Positions 1 through 11,858 are shown, counted from the first letter of the stretch. The stretch is DNA of 64,000 bases from Betaproteobacteria bacterium (GCA_016125475.1 WGLR01000008.1:137723-201722); one strand, 5' to 3'. Translations and numbers: made by a program. The notes: generated by a model from the letters alone, not told the origin.

Positions 1-149
1 AAGAAGGGCGGGAGATACCTGCACGACACGTAACAGTACTTGTCGATCGTGGTCGCGAGGACGGCTCCACCGTTCTGGCGATACCAGCCTGGATAGTCGG
101 TTCCGCCGCCGAAAAACGAGATCCGGAACGGAGTTCTGGTAATTATCAT
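1..149 (-). CDS. GHMP-family sugar kinase, N-terminal fragment (D-glycero-D-manno-heptose 7-phosphate kinase-like); gene runs off the left edge
   Basis: Manual reverse translation from the ATG at 149 gives [30 protein letters not shown]. This is the typical N-terminus of HddA-like GHMP kinases (RISFxGGGTD). It is absent from the ORF track because it is truncated. It lies directly downstream of the radical SAM gene on the same strand. Confidence 0.6.
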   Translation of the reverse strand, partial: MIITRTPFRISFFGGGTDYPGWYRQNGGAVLATTIDKYCYVSCRYLPPF

Positions 150-212
150 GAAGACTCGGCGCAGCGGTTGGGGGCGTGATGCCGACCCTGCGGGTTCCGA
201 CCTCGAAAGGCG

Positions 213-1718
213 TCAGGCCGCGCGGGAGGCACCAGTATCGTCGTAGAGCTGACGCTTGAGCTTGATGCGTGTCATGTCCTTGACGTGTGAGACGACCTTC
301 TCTCCGAAACGACGGCGGACGAGTTCGAGATAGCGCGCGTTCGTGAAGTATTCGTGGAACGCGTCGTCCCGGAACTTGAGGACCTCCGCATTGGTGAGGG
401 CCTCCGTCCGGAGCGGAAACGTCTCGAAACTGTGCTGGGAGTAACCGATCCAGGAAGGCGGCAGTTCCCAGCCGTTCTCCTGGGCGAACGTGTAGAGCTT
501 CGACCCAGGATAGGCCATGGCACAGTAGAAGTTCGCGAACTCGCAGTTCGCCTCGAGGGCCAGATCAAGCGTCTCGCGCATGGAATCGTAGGTGTCGTCC
601 GGCAACCCGAAAATGTAGTTGCCGATCACGTTGATGCCAGCATTCTGGATCTTTCGCACGACCTGGATGATCTCCGACGAACCGAACCGTCCCTTCTCGA
701 CACCATCGCGCACGTGCTTGCTGCCGGATTCGATGCCGAGGGCGAGCCAGCGGATGCCCGCCCGGTTCAGCTTGTCCAGGAACTCGTCCTTGACCGTGTC
801 CACCCGGGCGTAGGCCCAGATGTTCAGCTTGTAGCCCCGCTCGATGATGTGATCACAGATGCCGAGGACGTGCGCCCGGTTGAGGACGAACATCTCGTCG
901 ACGAACTTGATGTTCCTGACGCCGTACCTGTTGACGAGCACGTCGATCTCCTTGATCACCGCCTCGGGAGACCACATCCGGTAGGACGACTTTCCGAAAG
1001 GAGCATTGATGCAGCAGAAAGTGCACTTGTAGGGGCAGCCCAGGCTCGTGTGCATGGACACGTACGGACTGCGTTCATCGATATGCTCGAAACAGTGCCA
1101 GTTGTGTGCGCGGTACTTGTCCATGGGCAAGAGGTCCCATGCGACGGACGGCATCTGATGATCCAGATTGTCCATGAGCGGTGCGGGCGGATTCGACACG
1201 ATCGCGCCGTCGCGTCGATACCAGAGGCTCGGAATGCCGTCGAACGCCGTCGCTCGGGCCTTCAGTGCGCGTGCAGTCAGCAGGATGGTTTCCGGGCCTT
1301 CGCGATCGCACACGAAGTCGACCGGTTCTTCCCGCATGGTCCGTTCTGGCAGCGCGGCGGGATGCGTCCCCGTCATCATGATCCGGCATCCCGGGTCGAG
1401 CGCCTTCAGCGCCTCGCACGTCTCCCGCGCGGCCGGCATGTTCTGGGTGGACGCCGACGGCTGAAAACCGTAGACCACCATCACGACGAGCGTCGGGGAG
1501 TACTCGGCGTGCACGAGTTCCGCGACGGCCTGGGGACTGAGGTTGTGAGCAGGTGCGTCGACGATCTGCACGCTCAGCCCGTTGCGACGAACATATTCGG
1601 CGAAGAGGCCCGCGAGCGACGGCGGTTCAATCGCCGAGAACTCGTTCCCGAGCTCCTGGTACACGGCCGCCCGGCTGCCGGGATTGATCATGAGCACGTC
1701 TACCGATGACTTTGCCAT
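213..1718 (-). CDS. B12-binding-domain radical SAM protein (class B rSAM)
   Basis: The ORF is 213..1928. The internal ATG at 1718 (MAKSSVDVLMINPG...) starts the B12-binding-like N-domain. A CxxxCxxC-type cluster motif is present (GCPYKCTFCC), followed by an elongated rSAM core. Confidence 0.85.
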   Translation of the reverse strand: MAKSSVDVLMINPGSRAAVYQELGNEFSAIEPPSLAGLFAEYVRRNGLSVQIVDAPAHNLSPQAVAELVHAEYSPTLVVMVVYGFQPSASTQNMPAARETCEALKALDPGCRIMMTGTHPAALPERTMREEPVDFVCDREGPETILLTARALKARATAFDGIPSLWYRRDGAIVSNPPAPLMDNLDHQMPSVAWDLLPMDKYRAHNWHCFEHIDERSPYVSMHTSLGCPYKCTFCCINAPFGKSSYRMWSPEAVIKEIDVLVNRYGVRNIKFVDEMFVLNRAHVLGICDHIIERGYKLNIWAYARVDTVKDEFLDKLNRAGIRWLALGIESGSKHVRDGVEKGRFGSSEIIQVVRKIQNAGINVIGNYIFGLPDDTYDSMRETLDLALEANCEFANFYCAMAYPGSKLYTFAQENGWELPPSWIGYSQHSFETFPLRTEALTNAEVLKFRDDAFHEYFTNARYLELVRRRFGEKVVSHVKDMTRIKLKRQLYDDTGASRAA

Positions 1719-1833
1719 AGCCTGACTCTGTTGCGTTTTCTCTTCGGGACGATACCAGAAATGACTGTTGCAGGGCCATCGGACCACACGCGGGAGCCTC
1801 GCCCGGCTCGCATCCGTGCCACCAAAAACTATA

Positions 1834-2892
1834 ATGGCATGCGCCATCCGCCCCACGAATCGTGATCGAACCTTGCGTCCATCCTTCCTGCTGGTCAAGA
1901 CGTCTTCCCTGGGCGACGTCGTCCACAATCTCCCGGTCGCCTCGGATCTGGCTCGCGCCTACCCGGGATGCCGCATCGACTGGATCGTGGAGGAAACGTT
2001 CGGGGCAATTCCGGCGATGCACGCGAACGTCGACAGGGTGCTGCACAGTGCAGTCCGCAGGTGGCGTCGCAGTCTCTGGCGCGCAGAAACGTGGCGGGAG
2101 ATCTCCGACCTGAGGAATGCCCTCCATGAACGACGCTACGACGCCGTCATCGACACGCAGGGCCTGCTGAAGAGCGCGCTGCTCTGCACCCTGGCCGAGG
2201 GCCCCCGGCACGGACTCGACTGGCGCAGTTCGCGGGAGCCGCTCGCGCTCTTCTACTCGCGGACGCATCGTGTCCCGTGGGGACAGCACGCGGTCCTGCG
2301 CAATCGTGAGCTCGCCGCCCGGTCGCTCGGGTTCGAACCGGCGAGCGGGATCGACTACGGCATCACCGCGCCGGCATTTCCCCCTGCGGAGTCACGTGAC
2401 GACTCCCCTCCCGATCCGGACCACCCCTGGGCAAGGGGATCCGCGCGATTCGCGTGGGTCCCGGATGGCCCATTTGCCGTTCTGCTGCACGCGACCAGCG
2501 CCGACCGGAAGCTGTGGCCGGAACACCAGTGGAAGAAGCTCGTCGCCCAGCTCGGTGCGGACGGCGTCGAAAGCGTGCTGCCGTGGGGTTCGCCCGCGGA
2601 GCACGAGCGCGCGCGACGCATCGCATCCGGCCTGCGCCACGCGCACGTACCGCCTCGCCTCGGTCTGCACACGATGGCAGGCCTGCTCGGACGCGCGCAC
2701 GCCTGCGTCGGCGTGGACACTGGGCTCACGCACCTCGCCGCAGCCCTGGGCAGGCCGACCGTGGGCATCTACGTCTCGACCGATCCGGACGCTACCGGTG
2801 TGCTCGCCCCCGGAAAGGCCGTGAACGTGGGCGGCAGGGAGGGGGCTCCCGGCCTGGCGGACGTGCTCGACGCCCTGTCGACCGTCACATGA
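1834..2892 (+). CDS. waaC: ADP-heptose:LPS heptosyltransferase I
   Basis: The LLVKTSSLGDVVHNLP N-terminal motif and GT9-family C-terminal GVDTGLTHLAAALG are present. The stop overlaps the waaA start (ATGA). The start is uncertain: ATG 1834 overlaps a TATAAT box, and TTG 1873 (xRPSFLLVKTSS) is an alternative. Confidence 0.85.
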   Translation: MACAIRPTNRDRTLRPSFLLVKTSSLGDVVHNLPVASDLARAYPGCRIDWIVEETFGAIPAMHANVDRVLHSAVRRWRRSLWRAETWREISDLRNALHERRYDAVIDTQGLLKSALLCTLAEGPRHGLDWRSSREPLALFYSRTHRVPWGQHAVLRNRELAARSLGFEPASGIDYGITAPAFPPAESRDDSPPDPDHPWARGSARFAWVPDGPFAVLLHATSADRKLWPEHQWKKLVAQLGADGVESVLPWGSPAEHERARRIASGLRHAHVPPRLGLHTMAGLLGRAHACVGVDTGLTHLAAALGRPTVGIYVSTDPDATGVLAPGKAVNVGGREGAPGLADVLDALSTVT

Positions 2893-4160
2893 GCCGGCTG
2901 TGGTTCGCGATCTATTCGGCGATCGCAACGCTCCTCGTGCCCGTCGGCCTGGTGCACCTCTGGTTGCGGAGCCGGCGCCAGCCCGAGTATCTCGAGCACG
3001 TGCCCGAGCGGCTCGGGCGGTACGGGATCACGCCTGCGCGGCCCGTCATCTGGATTCACGCCGTGTCCGTGGGAGAAACCCGAGCGGCACAGCCCCTCGT
3101 GCACGCGCTCGCGGAGCACCACCCCGGGTACGACATCCTCGTCACGCACACGACGCCCACGGGCCGTGCCACGGGCACGCAGCTTTTCGGCGAGTCCGTC
3201 CTGCAGGCCTATCTTCCGTATGACGCACCGTTCCTCGTGACGAGGTTCTTCGGACGGTTCGCTCCCGCCGTGGGCATCCTCATGGAGACGGAGATCTGGC
3301 CGAACGTGCTGCGGACGGCGGCACGCCGGGGAACGCCGGTGTTTCTCGTGAACGCGCGGATGTCGGCGCGATCGGCACGCGGCTATGCGCGGGTATCGGG
3401 CCTGACACGCCCCACCCTGCGCCTGCTGACCGCCATCGCGGCGCAGACGGAAGCCGACGCACGGCGAATCGCGGAACTGGGCGGCAGAGACATCGAGGTG
3501 ACCGGAAGCATGAAGTTCGACGTGTCGCCCCCGGAAACCGCGGTGCAGCTCGCCCGCGAGTTCCGGGCGCGATTCGGCGGCGAACGCCCGGTCTGGATCG
3601 CGGCCAGCACTCGCGAGGGCGAGGAAGCGCTCGTTCTCGATGCGCTTCGGGAAATCGATGTCCCCGGCGTGCTGCTGATCCTGGTGCCTCGACATCCGCA
3701 GCGCTTCGACGAGGTGGCCGGCCTCCTGGCCGAGCGCGGCCTGACGTACCAGCGCCGTAGCCGGAACGAGACGATCCGTCCGACGACGCGCGTGGTGCTC
3801 GGCGACAGCATGGGCGAGCTGTTCGCGTACTACGGTGCGAGCGATGTAGCCTTCGTGGGGGGGAGCCTGCTGCCGCTGGGGGGGCAGAATCCCATCGAGG
3901 CGTTCGCGATGGGCACACCCGTGATCGTGGGACCGCACACCTTCAACTTCCTCGACGTCACGCGCGCTGCATGCGAAGCCGGCGCAGCCGTCGAGGTCGG
4001 CGGCCCCGCGGAGCTCGCGCGGCAGGTGTCACGCCTGCTCGCACGGCACGCCGAGCGCGAGACCATGAAACGCTCCGGGCTCGAATTCGCGTCGCGACAC
4101 CGGGGCGCCACGAGCCGGATCGTCAGGTTGATCGAGTCCAGATGGGACCGTCCTCGGTGA
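2890..4160 (+). CDS. waaA: 3-deoxy-D-manno-octulosonic acid (Kdo) transferase
   Basis: MSRLWFAIYSAIATLLVP... has an N-terminal TM segment, then IWIHAVSVGE and a GGSL..GGQNPIEA KdtA-like C-terminus. The start is an internal ATG of ORF 2454..4160 and is coupled to the waaC stop. Confidence 0.9.
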
Positions 4161-4722
4161 TCACGGCGTCCATCCCGAGATCGTGCGGCTCCGTCGGCAC
4201 GACGTCCAGGACCTGCACGCCGAACGCGCCCGATACCGTCCGGCCGACGGACACGCGCGCGAGCATCCGGTCGTAGAAGCCCGCCCCGTACCCCAGCCGA
4301 CGCCCACACCTGTCGAAGGCAACACCCGGCACCAGGGCCCAGTCGATCGGATAGTCCCCCTGCCAGCGCACGCAGAGGCCGGGATCGGGCTCGCCGATCC
4401 CCCAGACGCCAGGCGTAAGCTGACCGGAAAGGTCGGTGACGCGATAGAGCTCGAGTACACCGGCATCGCGATCGATCCGCGGCAGCAGAAGCGCGCGGGA
4501 GGCGGCGAGAACGGCTTCGTTGAATGCACGGACGTCCAGTTCGCTGCCGAACGATACGTAGCTCAGCACGACGCGGGGCGCATCGTGCAGGACGGCTGAC
4601 AGGAGATGCGTGCACACGCGGGCCGACAGGTCGGCGCGCTCGGCGTCGGAGAGGGCATCCCGACGCGCGCGCACCAGCTGCCGGAGACGCTTCTTCGCGT
4701 CGCGCGCGTCGTCCTCGCCCAC
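4123..4722 (-). CDS. 5-formyltetrahydrofolate cyclo-ligase
   Basis: 199 aa with KKRLRQ..R..L, a GYGAGFYDR motif and typical length. It has a GTG start and is convergent with waaA, overlapping its end. Confidence 0.85.
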   Translation of the reverse strand: MGEDDARDAKKRLRQLVRARRDALSDAERADLSARVCTHLLSAVLHDAPRVVLSYVSFGSELDVRAFNEAVLAASRALLLPRIDRDAGVLELYRVTDLSGQLTPGVWGIGEPDPGLCVRWQGDYPIDWALVPGVAFDRCGRRLGYGAGFYDRMLARVSVGRTVSGAFGVQVLDVVPTEPHDLGMDAVITEDGPIWTRST

Positions 4723-4745
4723 GAATCCGTGACCGCGAGGGGCCG

Positions 4746-6080
4746 TTACTTCGCGGGCTCCTGCAGGAGACGGTTGACGGCGTCGAGATCGTCGACCGTG
4801 AGCCGCCCCACGGCCTGCTTCAGGCGGAGCTGGGCGACGATCGAGTCGTAGCGCGCCTTGGCCAGATCCCGGCGGGCGTTGGCGACCTGCTGCTGGGAAT
4901 TCAGCACGTCGACGGAAGTGCGAACCCCGACATCACGTCCGAGCTTCGTCGACTCGAGGGATACGAGGGAGGACTTCAGGGCCTGCTCGAGTGCCTTGAC
5001 CTGCGCAAGACCCGAGGTCACGCCGAGGTAGGCCTGCTGGGTCGCGAGGACCGCGCTGCGGCGGGCGGATTCGAGATCGTCCTCGGCCTTGGTCTTGTTC
5101 GCGACGGCCTCCCGGACGCGGGAATTCACGCTGCCTCCCAGGTACAGAGGCATGTTGACCTGGACACCGATCGCCACCTGATGGAGGCGAGTCCCGATGT
5201 TCAGGGCACTGGAATTGACCTTCGAATCGGTGTAGCCGGCGACCGCGTCGACCGTCGGCAGGTGTCCGGCCCGCTGCTTGGAGACTTCCCGATCGGCGAT
5301 CTCCACCGCCGTCTTCTGTGCCTCGACCTGGAGGCTGCTGGCCTGCGCCTGATCGACCCATGCGCTCATGTCGGCAGGCTCGGGACGGTGCAGGACGATG
5401 GGCTCCACGGGAGCCGCGAGTGATCCCGGCGACTTGCCGATGATGGCGGCGAGCGCGCGGTTCTTCACTTCGAGATCGTTGAGTGCAGCGACCTCCTGGG
5501 CGTTCGCGAGGTCGTAACGTGCCTGGGCATCATTCGTGTCGGTGATCGTCGCGGTCCCGACGATGAAGTTGCGCTTCGCCTGCGCGAGTTGCTCGGCGAT
5601 GGCGGATTTCTGCGCGCGGATGAAGGTGAGGTTCGCCTCGGCCTGCAGCACGTCGAAGTACGCCTGCGCGACCCGGACCATGAGGTCCTGCGCTGCCGCA
5701 TTCAGCTGGATCTCCGACACGAGAGCCTGAAGCTTTCCCTGTTCGTAGGTCTCGCGGTTCTGCGGCCGGTAGAGCGGCTGGGTGAGCTGCACGCCGAACG
5801 CGCGGCTGCCGAAATCCTTCTGGGCTGCGTACGTCGAGTTGCCGAAGTTCTGCGCGTCGAGATTCGTGTACGTGACATTCGCGTTGGCGGTCACCTGCGG
5901 CAACAGACCGGCCTTGCCCTGCGCCACGCGCTCCTGGCCTGCAAGATACGAGGCCCGTGCCGACGCGTACTGTGCGTCGGACACGACGGCTTCCCTGTAC
6001 ACCGACATGAGATCCGCCGCCGCCGCATTTCCGGCGCCCCACAAGGCGAACAAGGCGATGACGATTTTGGCTTTGCGCAT
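4746..6080 (-). CDS. tolC: TolC-family outer membrane channel
   Basis: It has a signal peptide (MRKAKIVIALFALWGAGNAAAA). Duplicated OEP repeats show the typical ...AQYASARA.. / ...LPQV.. pattern. Length is 444 aa. Confidence 0.9.
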   Translation of the reverse strand: MRKAKIVIALFALWGAGNAAAADLMSVYREAVVSDAQYASARASYLAGQERVAQGKAGLLPQVTANANVTYTNLDAQNFGNSTYAAQKDFGSRAFGVQLTQPLYRPQNRETYEQGKLQALVSEIQLNAAAQDLMVRVAQAYFDVLQAEANLTFIRAQKSAIAEQLAQAKRNFIVGTATITDTNDAQARYDLANAQEVAALNDLEVKNRALAAIIGKSPGSLAAPVEPIVLHRPEPADMSAWVDQAQASSLQVEAQKTAVEIADREVSKQRAGHLPTVDAVAGYTDSKVNSSALNIGTRLHQVAIGVQVNMPLYLGGSVNSRVREAVANKTKAEDDLESARRSAVLATQQAYLGVTSGLAQVKALEQALKSSLVSLESTKLGRDVGVRTSVDVLNSQQQVANARRDLAKARYDSIVAQLRLKQAVGRLTVDDLDAVNRLLQEPAK

Positions 6081-6116
6081 GACTGTGTGCTCTTCCTTCA
6101 GATTCGATGTATCGGT

Positions 6117-6440
6117 TCAGTATCGCGCGATCGCAGGATCCACGTCCCGCGCCCAGGCGTCGATACCCCCCTGGAGATTGAAAACCCGCGGAAAACCCAG
6201 CCGTTCGAGAAACGAGGCCGCGTGCAGGCTCCGGACCCCGTGATGACAGACGACCACCCAGTCGCGTTCCGCATTCAGGTCGCCCGCACGCGCGGGCAGC
6301 TCCGCCAGTGGCACCGCGACGGATCCCGCGAGCGCGCAGAGGGCGTGCTCCCAGGGCTGTCGCACGTCGAGGATGTCCGGCGGATCACGCGTCTCGTCAT
6401 CCAGCCACGACTTGAGCTCCGTCGGAGCGAGCTGTCGCAT
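6117..6440 (-). CDS. rhodanese-domain protein (single domain sulfurtransferase)
   Basis: 107 aa with the active-site loop VVVCHHGVRS. Its ATG overlaps the stop of the upstream pcm-like gene (ATGA). Confidence 0.85.
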   Translation of the reverse strand: MRQLAPTELKSWLDDETRDPPDILDVRQPWEHALCALAGSVAVPLAELPARAGDLNAERDWVVVCHHGVRSLHAASFLERLGFPRVFNLQGGIDAWARDVDPAIARY

Positions 6441-7093
6441 CAGAACACGAATCGCTCGGGTGCGCGCGCATGACGCAGCGGCGGAATGCTCGTCTCGAAC
6501 AGGCCCTCTTCCGTGAACGTTCCGGCCGCGATGCAGGTGACCAGCCGGGCCGTCATGATGGGAGGAGAGCCGACGACCGCCAGCAGCCTGCCACCGACGG
6601 CAAGCTGCTTCCTGAATTCGTCCGGCAGGACCGGCACCGACCCCGTGAGCAGGATGGCATCGTACGGCGCATTGCGTTCCCAGCCGGTGGCACCGTTCGC
6701 CGTCTCGACGGTCACGTTGCGGATGCCGCAGCTCGCCAGGGTCTGCCTCGCGGACCGGGCGAAGTCGTCCACGATCTCGACGCTGTACACGTGACCCGCC
6801 ATGCCCGCGAGCAGAGCCGCCTGGTAGCCGGAGCCCGTGCCGATCTCGAGGACCTTGTCGCCGGGCTTGAGCCCGAGTGTCTGAAGCAACCGGGCCTCGA
6901 GCTTGGGCGAGAGCATCACCTCGCCACGCCCGAGCGGTATCTCCATGTCGGCAAATGCAAGGTTGCGGAAAGCGGCGGGCACGAAATGCTCTCGCTTGAC
7001 CTCGCCCAGCAGATCGAGCACGCGCTGATCCAGCACCTCCCAGGTGCGGATCTGACTCTCGATCATGTTGGCCCGCGCCAACTCAATGTCCAT
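6440..7093 (-). CDS. protein-L-isoaspartate O-methyltransferase family protein
   Basis: It carries the SAM-binding motif VLEIGTGSGYQAALLA. I chose the internal ATG at 7093 (MDIELARANMIESQIRTW). The tolC-rhodanese-pcm-like arrangement is conserved. Confidence 0.85.
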   Translation of the reverse strand: MDIELARANMIESQIRTWEVLDQRVLDLLGEVKREHFVPAAFRNLAFADMEIPLGRGEVMLSPKLEARLLQTLGLKPGDKVLEIGTGSGYQAALLAGMAGHVYSVEIVDDFARSARQTLASCGIRNVTVETANGATGWERNAPYDAILLTGSVPVLPDEFRKQLAVGGRLLAVVGSPPIMTARLVTCIAAGTFTEEGLFETSIPPLRHARAPERFVF

Positions 7094-7291
7094 GGGTGAT
7101 TCGATGGGAGCGCCTGTTAACTTTGGATTATGGCACAGGAGTGCTCGCGGCAACGAACTGTGCTCGAGAGGCCGGCCCCGACGGACCATTTGCGCGGAGA
7201 CTGGCGCTGCGGTAGCCTGCACCAAGCAGACACAGGGGTCCGCTGCAGGGCGGCGACACCGTGCCGGTTCGCCCGTGCGACTACCCGCCGC

Positions 7292-7384
7292 ACCGGTGTT
7301 CAGGGTGCGGAGTCGCTTCGACCGTCGCCCCGCGCGGTGAGACAGTCCCTTTGAACCTGAACCGGATCATGCCGGCGTAGGAAG
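7292..7384 (+). promoter_or_regulatory. TPP (THI-box) riboswitch controlling thiD-thiC
   Basis: The sequence is CAGGGTGCGG...GGTGAGACAGTCCCTTTGAACCTGAACCGGATCATGCCGGCGTAGGAAG. It matches the conserved GGGGUGC / CUGAGA / ACCCUUUGAACCUGAUCUGGAUAAUGCCAGCGUAGGGA core. It ends at AGGAAG, immediately before the thiD ATG. Boundaries are approximate. Confidence 0.85.
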
Positions 7385-8257
7385 ATGTCGCGACAGCAAA
7401 CCCTCTCCCCCACAGTCGTCAATGCGTTGTCCGTTGCCGGGATCGATCCTTCCGGCGGCGCGGGGCTCATCGCCGACATCAAGACCTTCTCGGCGCTCGG
7501 CGCGTACGGGTGCGGCGTCGTGACGGCCGTCACGGCCCAGAACACCTGCGCCGTGACCGGCGTGCACCCCGTGCCGGGGCCGTTCCTCACGCTCCAGCTG
7601 GACACGCTCTTCTCCGACGTCCGGGTGGACGCGGTGAAGATCGGGATGCTGGCCAACGCCGAGATCGTCGGTCGCGTTGCCGCCGCGATCAGGGCCAGCC
7701 GGCCGCCGTTCGTCGTGCTCGACCCGGTCATGGTTGCGAAGAGCGGCGACCGGCTGCTGGCGCCGGATGCCGTCGACGCACTCAGGGCCGAACTGCTGCC
7801 TCTCGCGACGATCGTCACGCCGAATCTTCCCGAAGCGGGCGACCTGATCGGTCGCGTCGTCTCGGACGACCCCGAGGACATGCGGGCGGCCGCCGAGGAG
7901 ATCGCCGCCCTCGGCGCCACGAACGTGCTCGTCAAGGGAGGACATGGCGAGCGCTCCCGTCTCACCGACGTGCTGTTCGACGGCAGGCTGACATCGGAAC
8001 TTCATTCGGACCGCGTGGAGACACGCAACACGCACGGCACCGGCTGCACGTTCTCCGCGGCCATCGCGGCACTCGCCCCCGCACGGCCGACCATGCGCGC
8101 CGCCGTCGAGGATGCCCACGCCTACGTGGCGGGCGCGATCCGGCACGCCGATGCACTCTCGGTCGGCCGGGGCCACGGCCCCCTCCATCACTTTTTCTCG
8201 CTCTGGCCGCAAGTGCCGAGCCGACCACCGCCAACGGATCAGGAACTGTCGAGGTAA
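7385..8257 (+). CDS. thiD: hydroxymethylpyrimidine/phosphomethylpyrimidine kinase
   Basis: LSVAGIDPSGGAGLIADIKTF and HGTGCTFSAAIAA motifs are present. Length is 290 aa. Confidence 0.9.
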   Translation: MSRQQTLSPTVVNALSVAGIDPSGGAGLIADIKTFSALGAYGCGVVTAVTAQNTCAVTGVHPVPGPFLTLQLDTLFSDVRVDAVKIGMLANAEIVGRVAAAIRASRPPFVVLDPVMVAKSGDRLLAPDAVDALRAELLPLATIVTPNLPEAGDLIGRVVSDDPEDMRAAAEEIAALGATNVLVKGGHGERSRLTDVLFDGRLTSELHSDRVETRNTHGTGCTFSAAIAALAPARPTMRAAVEDAHAYVAGAIRHADALSVGRGHGPLHHFFSLWPQVPSRPPPTDQELSR

Positions 8258-10132
<1,875 letters not shown>

Positions 10133-10195
10133 GGCTCGGCCACCGCCACAAAGTCGGGACTCGGCGGCGCGGGCCCGCTATAATCCGCGCCGCCC

Positions 10196-11020
10196 ATGGA
10201 TCCGATCGTTCTCGTCAAGGCACTGATCCTCGGTATCGTGGAGGGTCTCACCGAATTTCTCCCGATCTCGAGCACCGGCCACCTCATCATCACGGAGCAG
10301 CTGCTTCAGTTCAATGACGAGCGGGCGAAGGTCTTCGCGATCTTCATCCAGCTCGGTGCGATCCTCGCGATCTGCTGGGAATACCGGGAGCGGCTTCTCC
10401 GCTCGATCGAGGGCATCCGATCGGAACCGCAACAGCAGCGCTTCGTGCTGAACCTGATGGTCGCATTCATGCCGGCAGCCGTGCTCGGGCTGCTTTTCGG
10501 CAGTTTCATCAAGGCGCATCTGTTCCAGCCCATTCCGGTGGCACTCGCGTTCGTGATCGGTGGTGTGCTGATCCTCTGGGTCGAGCGCCGCGAACACCGC
10601 GTCTCGGTCGACCGCGTCGACGACATGACCACTCTGGACGCGCTGAAGATCGGGTTCGCCCAGGCACTCGCACTGATTCCCGGCACGTCCCGGTCCGGAT
10701 CCACGATCATCGGCGGACTGTTCTTCGGCCTTTCACGCAAGGCCGCCACCGAGTTCTCGTTCTTCCTCGCCATTCCGACACTGACGGCCGCGGGCTTCTA
10801 CGACCTCTGGAAGCACCGCGCCCTCCTGTCCCACGACGACCTCGAAATCTTCGGTGTCGGGTTCATCGCGGCGTTCCTGAGTGCCATCGTCGCCGTGCGG
10901 GGCCTCATCCGCTACGTGGCGAATCACGACTTCACGATATTCGCGTGGTACCGGATCGCATTCGGCATCCTGGTGCTGGTGACCGCCTGGACGGGCTGGA
11001 TCCAGTGGACGCCGGACTGA
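10196..11020 (+). CDS. uppP: undecaprenyl-diphosphate phosphatase
   Basis: [18 protein letters not shown] and PGTSRSG motifs are present. It is a polytopic membrane protein of 274 aa. Confidence 0.95.
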   Translation: MDPIVLVKALILGIVEGLTEFLPISSTGHLIITEQLLQFNDERAKVFAIFIQLGAILAICWEYRERLLRSIEGIRSEPQQQRFVLNLMVAFMPAAVLGLLFGSFIKAHLFQPIPVALAFVIGGVLILWVERREHRVSVDRVDDMTTLDALKIGFAQALALIPGTSRSGSTIIGGLFFGLSRKAATEFSFFLAIPTLTAAGFYDLWKHRALLSHDDLEIFGVGFIAAFLSAIVAVRGLIRYVANHDFTIFAWYRIAFGILVLVTAWTGWIQWTPD

Positions 11021-11132
11021 CGCCAGCCGTTCTCCCGCACGATCACGACAGCCTGCGCGCCCCAACCGGGACCCGGCGCGTGCCCGACGTTGCGGCACGC
11101 GCGGATCGTTACGCCCGAGGTCTGGCCGGCCG

Positions 11133-11585
11133 TCAGCTCTGGATCCAGGGAAGCCCCGAGAAACGCCAGCCTCCCACGGTGTTGCGATGACTCTGCGGGT
11201 CCTTGTCCCCCTCGAAACCCTGGAGCACGTTGTAGACTTCCGTGTAGCCGAACTGCTTCGCGGCCGCGGCCGCGGCGTGCGAGCGCCCACCGCTCCGGCA
11301 GAGAAACATGACGAGAGATTCCCGATCCACCTGATGCGTCAGTTCGGCCTCGAAGTCCGGGTTCGGTTGCCCACCGGGGTAGGTTTGCCACTCGATCTCC
11401 ACGCTGCCAGGAACCCGTCCTACCCATTCCAGTTCGGCGCGCGTGCGCACGTCGACGAGCCGCGCCCCCGGCGCGAGGGACAGGAGTTCGTGAGCCTCCG
11501 CCGGCAGGAGTGCCCCGTCGTATGGCAGACCGAGTTCCTTCGCCCTGCCCTGAGCCCCTTCGAGAATCTGTGTCAGTCTGCCCAT
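11133..11585 (-). CDS. rhodanese-domain sulfurtransferase
   Basis: 150 aa with VDVRTRAELEWVG and the active-site loop FLCRSGGRS. It is divergent from glnA. Confidence 0.8.
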   Translation of the reverse strand: MGRLTQILEGAQGRAKELGLPYDGALLPAEAHELLSLAPGARLVDVRTRAELEWVGRVPGSVEIEWQTYPGGQPNPDFEAELTHQVDRESLVMFLCRSGGRSHAAAAAAKQFGYTEVYNVLQGFEGDKDPQSHRNTVGGWRFSGLPWIQS

Positions 11586-11648
11586 CGGTTACCCCTTCAT
11601 GCTCAATGGTTTGGTCTTCCCGGGCGTCGCTCCGGGCCTCCGAAGCTC

Positions 11649-11694
11649 GCACCAAATTTGTGCGCGAGCCACCGGGCACGCACCCGAACGGTGC
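11649..11694. promoter_or_regulatory. two NtrC-type enhancer sites upstream of glnA
   Basis: GCACCAAATTTGTGC lies at 11649-11663 and GCACCCGAACGGTGC at 11680-11694. Both fit the TGCACC-N5-GGTGCA dyad. They sit about 65-110 bp upstream of the sigma54 promoter. Confidence 0.55.
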
Positions 11695-11756
11695 CGAGCG
11701 CACTCGATACGGAGTGTTAACGGATTGTGGCACAATGTTTTTTCGGCCAGAAGTGA

Positions 11757-11772
11757 TGGCATGGAATCTGCA
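11757..11772 (+). promoter_or_regulatory. sigma54 (-24/-12) promoter of glnA
   Basis: TGGCATggaatCTGCA has correct GG-N10-GC spacing against the consensus TGGCAC-N5-TTGCW. It lies about 85 bp upstream of the glnA ATG. Confidence 0.6.
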
Positions 11773-11858
11773 CCAAGGCGGACTTGTCAGCCAAGCCCGT
11801 GACTCGTCACGGGATTTGTTTGTTTTCCAATACCCTACCCAGTTCTAGGAGAGAAAGG

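Noticed and set aside
213-1718. Calling the B12-radical SAM protein HpnJ (hopanoid biosynthesis)
   Set aside because: The N-terminus does not resemble HpnJ as I recall it. The neighbours are LPS/heptose genes rather than hpn genes, so only the generic class-B rSAM call is supported.
11728-11743. TGGCAC upstream of glnA as a second sigma54 promoter
   Set aside because: The -12 region is TTTT instead of TTGC. The better-matched element at 11757-11772 is preferred.
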